From Bacteroidota bacterium (GTDB taxonomy: Bacteria > Bacteroidota > Bacteroidia > Flavobacteriales_D > Crocinitomicaceae), in NCBI GenBank assembly GCA_006226555.1, contig SBGS01000256.1:1-40967 (forward strand): a stretch of 40,967 nucleotides of DNA. Reading direction: 5' to 3'. Shown in pieces: positions 36,326 through 40,967 of the stretch (positions within the stretch are counted from its first letter, which is position 1; the number at the start of each line of letters is the position of its first letter). The notes beneath the pieces are model-generated. The model was given only the letters and a program-made list of their open reading frames with translations. It was not told the origin of the DNA and did no database searches. Position numbers and translations under genes: made by a program.

Positions 36326-37699
36326 TTAATTCAATTTAAGGTTTCTGAACCAACGTTCGGTTATGCCAGGAGCAATTGTTATGCCAAGATTGATTCCGTA
36401 GTATTTTTCATTGAGTGAACTGCTGTTCGATGTTCCGCGATTTCCAACAGCAAAACCAAGATTTATAGAAGATAAAGATCTCATGGTAGGGATCGGTATA
36501 CCAAATCCAAATGTAAGCGCCTTATCCGTCAACTGGTTTCCATTGATCGTGTATGGCAAAGTGTTCATATATCCTCCAATACGGTAATGTATACGCTGGT
36601 AGAATTTGGTTGTAGACATTTTTTCAAAGAAGTCGATTTCCGGAGTGAACTGTACGCCAAAGGTAATTTTCTGAGCGTCAGAAAAAGGAAGAGAATCATT
36701 GAATGGAGCAGTAAATCCTGACCATGCTGTATTTCCGTATGATGCTGCAACCAAAAGTTGAGACTTTAGTTTTCGTGTTCCTTGAGCGTTCTGGTCAATT
36801 ATGTATTTATAGGTTAAACCGAATTCGTAAGATGACGCACTTTGAACGTAGGAGTCAATGCTATTCGACTTAATCGTATCGTATGCATTTTCATTATTGA
36901 CGTTACCTGAGTAAAACAAATTGTAGTCAAAATCACCTTGTAATTGCTGAGAGGGATCGATCCTACCTGATAGACCAAATGTGTGTTTACGGTAATTCTG
37001 TTCGAAATAAAATCCTAAGTCGTAATGAAAAGTTGACAAGTGCGAAATACGCTCATCGATTCCTCCCGGAGGATTAACTGACGTTGTAGAGTAAATGAAA
37101 GATTTACGCACATTCTTTGTTTCGCCGAACACATAACCTGCATTCATACCTACTGCCAAACGGGTGTTTTTTAGTTTGAAGAGGTCAGTTGAAATACCTG
37201 CGAACACTTCATTGAGATTTCCTGATCCGGAATAGTTGTATACGATGGAATCCGAATTGACCATCTCTCCCGAGTAGAAATCATATCCTCTTGACGAGAA
37301 CGGGCGAACTCCGAAAGCAAGTCCGAAATGTTTTTTGACCGGAAAGGCCATTACAATATGCTGGATACTTGAGGTCATAGCAAATTCCTGAACCTCTCCT
37401 TGATTAAAGAAGGATAATCTGCTCGAAATACCGAATGAGAAAAGAGGTTGCCCTTTCGCCAGCAAGTTATATGAAGCAGGATTGTAATAGTTCAGTATCG
37501 TTGAGTCCTGAATTCCAACAAAGTTGTTTCCAAATGCTGAAAATACAGCATTGTCCAGACCTCCGGCTTCACCTATTCCGTAAAATGAATAGGGCGAGTG
37601 AGTCAGCTTTTGTCCGTAGGCATTCGGTGCCAGGATCAATAAGCAAACAGCTATAATATTAATGAAGTTGCGCAAACGTATATAAGTGATATAAGCCAA
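36326..37699 (-). CDS. Predicted outer-membrane beta-barrel protein, uncharacterised
   Basis: The signal peptide is 'IIAVCLLILAPNAYGQ'. Alternating aromatic/Gly-rich strands run throughout ('GLAFGVRPFSSRGYDF', 'YEFGLTYKYI', 'LTFGFGIPIP', 'YYGINLGITIAP'). The N-terminus overlaps the coaX 3' end by 41 nt. Confidence 0.6.
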   Translation of the reverse strand: MAYITYIRLRNFINIIAVCLLILAPNAYGQKLTHSPYSFYGIGEAGGLDNAVFSAFGNNFVGIQDSTILNYYNPASYNLLAKGQPLFSFGISSRLSFFNQGEVQEFAMTSSIQHIVMAFPVKKHFGLAFGVRPFSSRGYDFYSGEMVNSDSIVYNYSGSGNLNEVFAGISTDLFKLKNTRLAVGMNAGYVFGETKNVRKSFIYSTTSVNPPGGIDERISHLSTFHYDLGFYFEQNYRKHTFGLSGRIDPSQQLQGDFDYNLFYSGNVNNENAYDTIKSNSIDSYVQSASSYEFGLTYKYIIDQNAQGTRKLKSQLLVAASYGNTAWSGFTAPFNDSLPFSDAQKITFGVQFTPEIDFFEKMSTTKFYQRIHYRIGGYMNTLPYTINGNQLTDKALTFGFGIPIPTMRSLSSINLGFAVGNRGTSNSSSLNEKYYGINLGITIAPGITERWFRNLKLN

Positions 37700-38399
37700 T
37701 CAGGGTCAAATTTTCGTGTGCAAATATGCCATTTTTTGCGACTAAATCAAAGTAAGCAGAATCCCCTCCGGTCACAAAAATCGTTAATGGACCATATTTG
37801 GATTCATATTGCTCGATCATATTATTGATCTCAGCTTCTATTCCAATCATAACACCTGAACGTATACTTTCTTCAGTTGTTGTTCCCGTTAGCTTGTTTT
37901 TAGATTTTTCGTGTAATCGAGGTAAATTATCCGTGTAATCATTCAGTGCATTGTATCTCAGTTGAATTCCCGGTGAAATTGATCCACCCATATATCCGTC
38001 TTCCTTACCGATCAGATCAAATTTCACACAGGTGCCAATATCAATTGAAAGTGCATAATCAGTGCTGGACATATAATATGCAGCAGTAGCATTACATAGT
38101 CTATCTTTCCCAAGTAATTCGGGCGTATTGTATAGCATTCCAAATGGAAGTAGATAGGGATAATTGAGAAGAAATACATTAGAATCTTCCAAACCCTGAA
38201 CAATATTGTTGGTTGTTTCTTCATCACGAACACTGGAAATTGCGACACCCGAACAAAAATTTTCGGCATATATTCTATTTAATGCGCCAAAGTCATTTTT
38301 GTCAAGTCGAGTGAAATAGATTAACTGAGCATCCTGAAATACAGCACATTTCAAAGCTGTGTTTCCTGCGTCAACTACTAGAATCCGTTCTTTGTTCAT
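37659..38399 (-). CDS. coaX: Type III pantothenate kinase
   Basis: The ASKHA motifs 'LVVDAGNTALK', 'LSIDIGTCVKFD', 'GGSISPG' and 'FVTGGDS' are present. Confidence 0.85.
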   Translation of the reverse strand: MNKERILVVDAGNTALKCAVFQDAQLIYFTRLDKNDFGALNRIYAENFCSGVAISSVRDEETTNNIVQGLEDSNVFLLNYPYLLPFGMLYNTPELLGKDRLCNATAAYYMSSTDYALSIDIGTCVKFDLIGKEDGYMGGSISPGIQLRYNALNDYTDNLPRLHEKSKNKLTGTTTEESIRSGVMIGIEAEINNMIEQYESKYGPLTIFVTGGDSAYFDLVAKNGIFAHENLTLIGLYHLYTFAQLH

Positions 38400-38407
38400 G
38401 ATGACAT

Positions 38408-38415
38408 CAAAGATA
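38408..38415 (-). promoter_or_regulatory. Candidate -7 box (TATCTTTG) immediately upstream of coaX, possibly giving a near-leaderless transcript
   Basis: The minus strand is an exact TAnnTTTG match with only 8 nt between the box and the coaX ATG. Confidence 0.3.
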
Positions 38416-38440
38416 GGATATAAAAAAATCGTCGTGGATG

Positions 38441-38470
38441 TTTGATAATAAAAAGAACTTTATAACTTTG
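38441..38470 (+). promoter_or_regulatory. Candidate Bacteroidota promoter (-33 TTTG / -7 TAACTTTG) for tRNA-Phe
   Basis: TTTG at 38441-38444 and TAACTTTG at 38463-38470 are separated by 18 nt. The box ends 37 nt before the mature tRNA 5' end. Confidence 0.5.
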
Positions 38471-38507
38471 CAGCCTGCATTCCGATTCGGATTGCTCTTT
38501 GAAAGGA

Positions 38508-38583
38508 GGTGATGTAGCTCAGTTGGTAGAGCAAAGGACTGAAAATCCTTGTGTCGGCGGTTCGATTCCGTCCATCACCACCA
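38508..38583 (+). tRNA. tRNA-Phe (anticodon GAA), CCA encoded
   Basis: A cloverleaf can be drawn by hand: acceptor GGTGATG/CATCACC, D arm GCTC-AGTTGGTA-GAGC, anticodon arm AAGGA-CTGAAAA-TCCTT, variable loop GTGTC, T arm GGCGG-TTCGATT-CCGTC, discriminator A and CCA. Confidence 0.93.
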
Positions 38584-38589
38584 GATAAA

Positions 38590-38620
38590 CCCTCGGCAGA
38601 TCGTCGGGGGTTTTTTCTTT
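38590..38620 (+). terminator. Hairpin plus T-tract terminator after tRNA-Phe, possibly bidirectional for the convergent antiporter gene
   Basis: CCCTCGGC-AGATC-GTCGGGGG (with G-U pairs) is followed by TTTTTTCTTTT. The stop of the minus-strand gene at 38620 lies 10 nt from the hairpin. Confidence 0.6.
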
Positions 38621-39612
38621 TAGGACAGTTTGTAAAGGATGATCATATTGATGGCGTAGAACAAAAATATGACGAAGGTATCTGCTGCCATGAATACCTT
38701 TTTTTCTCGCTGAGGAAACATTACACCGATTATCGCAATACTTGCCATCAGCACGACAAAGAAAATGGATACTATGTTGCTGTCCGATGCATCTTTTAAA
38801 AGATATCCCTTCGAGTAGAAGACATCATCTAAAAAGAGGATAAAGAAATTAAAGAGATTACTTCCTAGTAAATTCCCAACAGCCATATCCGTAGAGCCCG
38901 ATCGCACAGCAGCCAAAGAAACGGCTATCTCGGGTAGGGAAGTGCTAATGGCTAAGAAAAGTGTTCCAACAAAAGTTTGCCCAAGACCCGATTTTTCTGC
39001 GATCCCATCAGCGAAATGAGGTAAGCCAAAGGCAGTTATAATGATAATTGCTGCAAAAAGTAAATACATTAGAATTACTTTCCTTTTTGATGGCAGCCCA
39101 TCCTTTTTTGTTTCTTCTGAAACTTGCGGATGCACTCTCTGGTAGCGATAGATCGTCCGAACCGAAATCAAGTAGATGATCGCAAAAGACATTGAGAACA
39201 ATCCAATAGAGGGAATGAAAACGAAATTTTCATTCAGGAATATTCCAAGTCCCGCCATAACGATCAGGATGATCCCGAAAGAGGCAGCTAATATGTGACT
39301 TTGTGAGACATTTTTGAAAAGGGGTTTGTCTTTCGTGGTAAACAAATCCATGATCGAAAGTATCCCCAGATTAAATGCGCAACTTCCTATGATGTCTCCG
39401 ACTGCCAGGTCCGCAGATCCGATGAACATTGATGAGCTGATCCCAACCATCATTTCCGGTAGAGAGGTTACTGCTGCCATCAGGATCAGACCGATCCAGG
39501 CTTTACTCATACCGGTCACATCAGACAAAAGCTCACCATAATAGGACAGTTTTTTACCTGCGATGAAAATAATAGCGCCACTGACCAGAAAACCAATAAT
39601 ATCGTATATCAT
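38620..39612 (-). CDS. Ca2+/cation antiporter (CaCA family; sodium/calcium exchanger membrane region)
   Basis: The 330-aa ORF has about 10 TM helices and two internal alpha-repeat motifs, 'TSLPEMMVGISS...GDIIGSCAFNL' and 'TSLPEIAVSLAAV...GNLLGSNLFNF'. Confidence 0.8.
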   Translation of the reverse strand: MIYDIIGFLVSGAIIFIAGKKLSYYGELLSDVTGMSKAWIGLILMAAVTSLPEMMVGISSSMFIGSADLAVGDIIGSCAFNLGILSIMDLFTTKDKPLFKNVSQSHILAASFGIILIVMAGLGIFLNENFVFIPSIGLFSMSFAIIYLISVRTIYRYQRVHPQVSEETKKDGLPSKRKVILMYLLFAAIIIITAFGLPHFADGIAEKSGLGQTFVGTLFLAISTSLPEIAVSLAAVRSGSTDMAVGNLLGSNLFNFFILFLDDVFYSKGYLLKDASDSNIVSIFFVVLMASIAIIGVMFPQREKKVFMAADTFVIFLFYAINMIILYKLS

Positions 39613-40967
39613 TTTTTAGACTTTAGATGGTTCAGGCGCAGTAGTTTGATGATTTCAAAAATTAGCAGCATTAATATACACACTCCGAGAGAAATCCCAA
39701 AGTGACCATATCCGGGATTTGAGAATTGGAAAAGGTGTTGAACGCTTTCTACAGAGATCGTTATAAAAAGCACGATCATGGAAATTGCGAGAATAAGCAG
39801 AAGCGCAGGATTTCTCTCTGTAAATATGTGGAATACACTCCTGGTTTGAGAAAGATAGGTGAGGATCAGGAAAATATTACCGGTAATTAGCGTGGCAAAG
39901 GAAATGGCTCTGATCTCATCCTCAGTATGACCTTCTGTTTTAGCGATATAAAATACGGTGAGCACTAATGCCAGTAAAAATAATCCAGATGCAACGCTGT
40001 GAAGTATACGTTTATTACTGAAAAAGGAATGATCGGGATCTCTCGGAGGTCTTTGCATTATGCCTTTTTCTTCTTGTTCCGCTTCAAATGCTATTGAACA
40101 GATCGGATCGATGATCAGCTCCATGAAGATAATGTGCACCGGAAGAAGTAGTAAGGGCATTTCAGGAAAAAATCCCGGGACCAGCACCAAGCCGATTATG
40201 GGAATGTGTACAGCCACAATATATGACATTGCCTTTTGCAAATTGTCGAAGATCTTTCGTCCACTACGTATAGCGGATACAATACTTGAAAAGTTGTCAT
40301 CCACGAGTACAAGTGAGGCTGCTTCTCTTGCGACGTCAGTTCCCTTCAATCCCATAGCGATACCAATATCAGCCGCTTTGAGAGCCGGTGCGTCATTCAC
40401 ACCATCTCCTGTCATTACGACGATTTCGTTGTTGCTTTGGAGAGCTCTAACGATGTGCAATTTTTGCTCGGGACGTACCCGTGCAAATACATTAATGTTC
40501 TTTATGCTTTCGGATAGGGTGTCAATTGATATCTCGGATATTTCCTCTCCTGTCATAACAAGAGGGTCACTCATCCCAATCATTTTCGCAATGTTTCTTG
40601 CGGTTTTGGGGTGATCTCCCGTAATCATCACAACCTTGATCCCGGCAGTTCTGCATTCTTCGATGGCATTAGGAACCTCAGGTCTTATCGGGTCTATAAA
40701 AGACACCAATCCTGAAAAACAAAAATCGATATCGTTGATGTTTTCAGGCAATACCTCACATGTAGTATGAGCAACAGCCAGAACTCTTGCTCCCTTCTCA
40801 GTAGCATTATCTATTGCATTATTGATCGCGGAAAGGTCATCAGTGGATAAATGATTGCACTTGCTCAGCACGTGTTCGGGTGCTCCTTTCGTATGAATTG
40901 AAAATCCATCCGCTTCGCTGTAGACCCTCGTGAACATCAGGTGTTCGGGAGTCAGCGGAAAGGTTTT
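39609..40967 (-). CDS. Cation-translocating P-type ATPase (Ca2+-ATPase-like), C-terminal part; the 5' end lies beyond the window
   Basis: The reading frame stays open to nt 40967 (KTFPLTPEHL precedes the listed Met). 'KGAPE', 'MITGDHPKTA', the hinge 'TGDGVNDAPALKAADIGIAMG' and C-terminal TM helices are present. The stop overlaps the antiporter start as ATGA. Confidence 0.9.
   Translation of the reverse strand, partial: KTFPLTPEHLMFTRVYSEADGFSIHTKGAPEHVLSKCNHLSTDDLSAINNAIDNATEKGARVLAVAHTTCEVLPENINDIDFCFSGLVSFIDPIRPEVPNAIEECRTAGIKVVMITGDHPKTARNIAKMIGMSDPLVMTGEEISEISIDTLSESIKNINVFARVRPEQKLHIVRALQSNNEIVVMTGDGVNDAPALKAADIGIAMGLKGTDVAREAASLVLVDDNFSSIVSAIRSGRKIFDNLQKAMSYIVAVHIPIIGLVLVPGFFPEMPLLLLPVHIIFMELIIDPICSIAFEAEQEEKGIMQRPPRDPDHSFFSNKRILHSVASGLFLLALVLTVFYIAKTEGHTEDEIRAISFATLITGNIFLILTYLSQTRSVFHIFTERNPALLLILAISMIVLFITISVESVQHLFQFSNPGYGHFGISLGVCILMLLIFEIIKLLRLNHLKSKK

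Noticed and set aside
40060-40614. 184-aa plus-strand ORF inside the P-type ATPase gene.
   Set aside because: It is antisense to the region encoding the unmistakable 'TGDGVNDAPALK' hinge motif, so it is a shadow ORF.

Overview
This window is a chromosomal segment from a Bacteroidota genome, most likely Flavobacteriia-like. Four observations support that placement: T9SS type A and type B C-terminal sorting domains, recurrent TAnnTTTG promoter boxes, the uppS-bamA-ompH-ompH-murI arrangement, and atpD-atpC standing apart from the rest of the ATP synthase genes. I support about 36 CDS, two of them cut by the window edges, plus one tRNA-Phe. The backbone is housekeeping: atpDC, uppS, bamA, two skp/ompH genes, murI, rbfA, an MsbA-like ABC exporter, a FtsX/LolE-like permease, kbl, coaX, lptC, a peroxiredoxin and a thioredoxin. 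Four very large secreted adhesin-like T9SS cargo genes are interspersed, two with a type B CTD and two with a type A CTD. I see no rRNA, CRISPR array, transposase or integrase, phage genes, toxin-antitoxin pair or recognisable defence genes. I could not identify a discrete, clearly novel multi-gene system. The most interesting items are: (i) a 1504-aa T9SS cargo gene with the codon usage of highly expressed genes, its own promoter box and a strong terminator; (ii) unnamed repeat modules inside the cargo proteins; (iii) a tightly coupled coaX-OMP-helical repeat protein-lptC-small membrane protein operon containing two uncharacterised envelope proteins; (iv) a translationally coupled gamma-CA / group III truncated haemoglobin / methyltransferase operon divergent from a peroxiredoxin-thioredoxin operon; (v) a roughly 3-fold, patchy excess of GATC in hand-sampled blocks. 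All protein calls come from motif recognition by eye; no database search was run.
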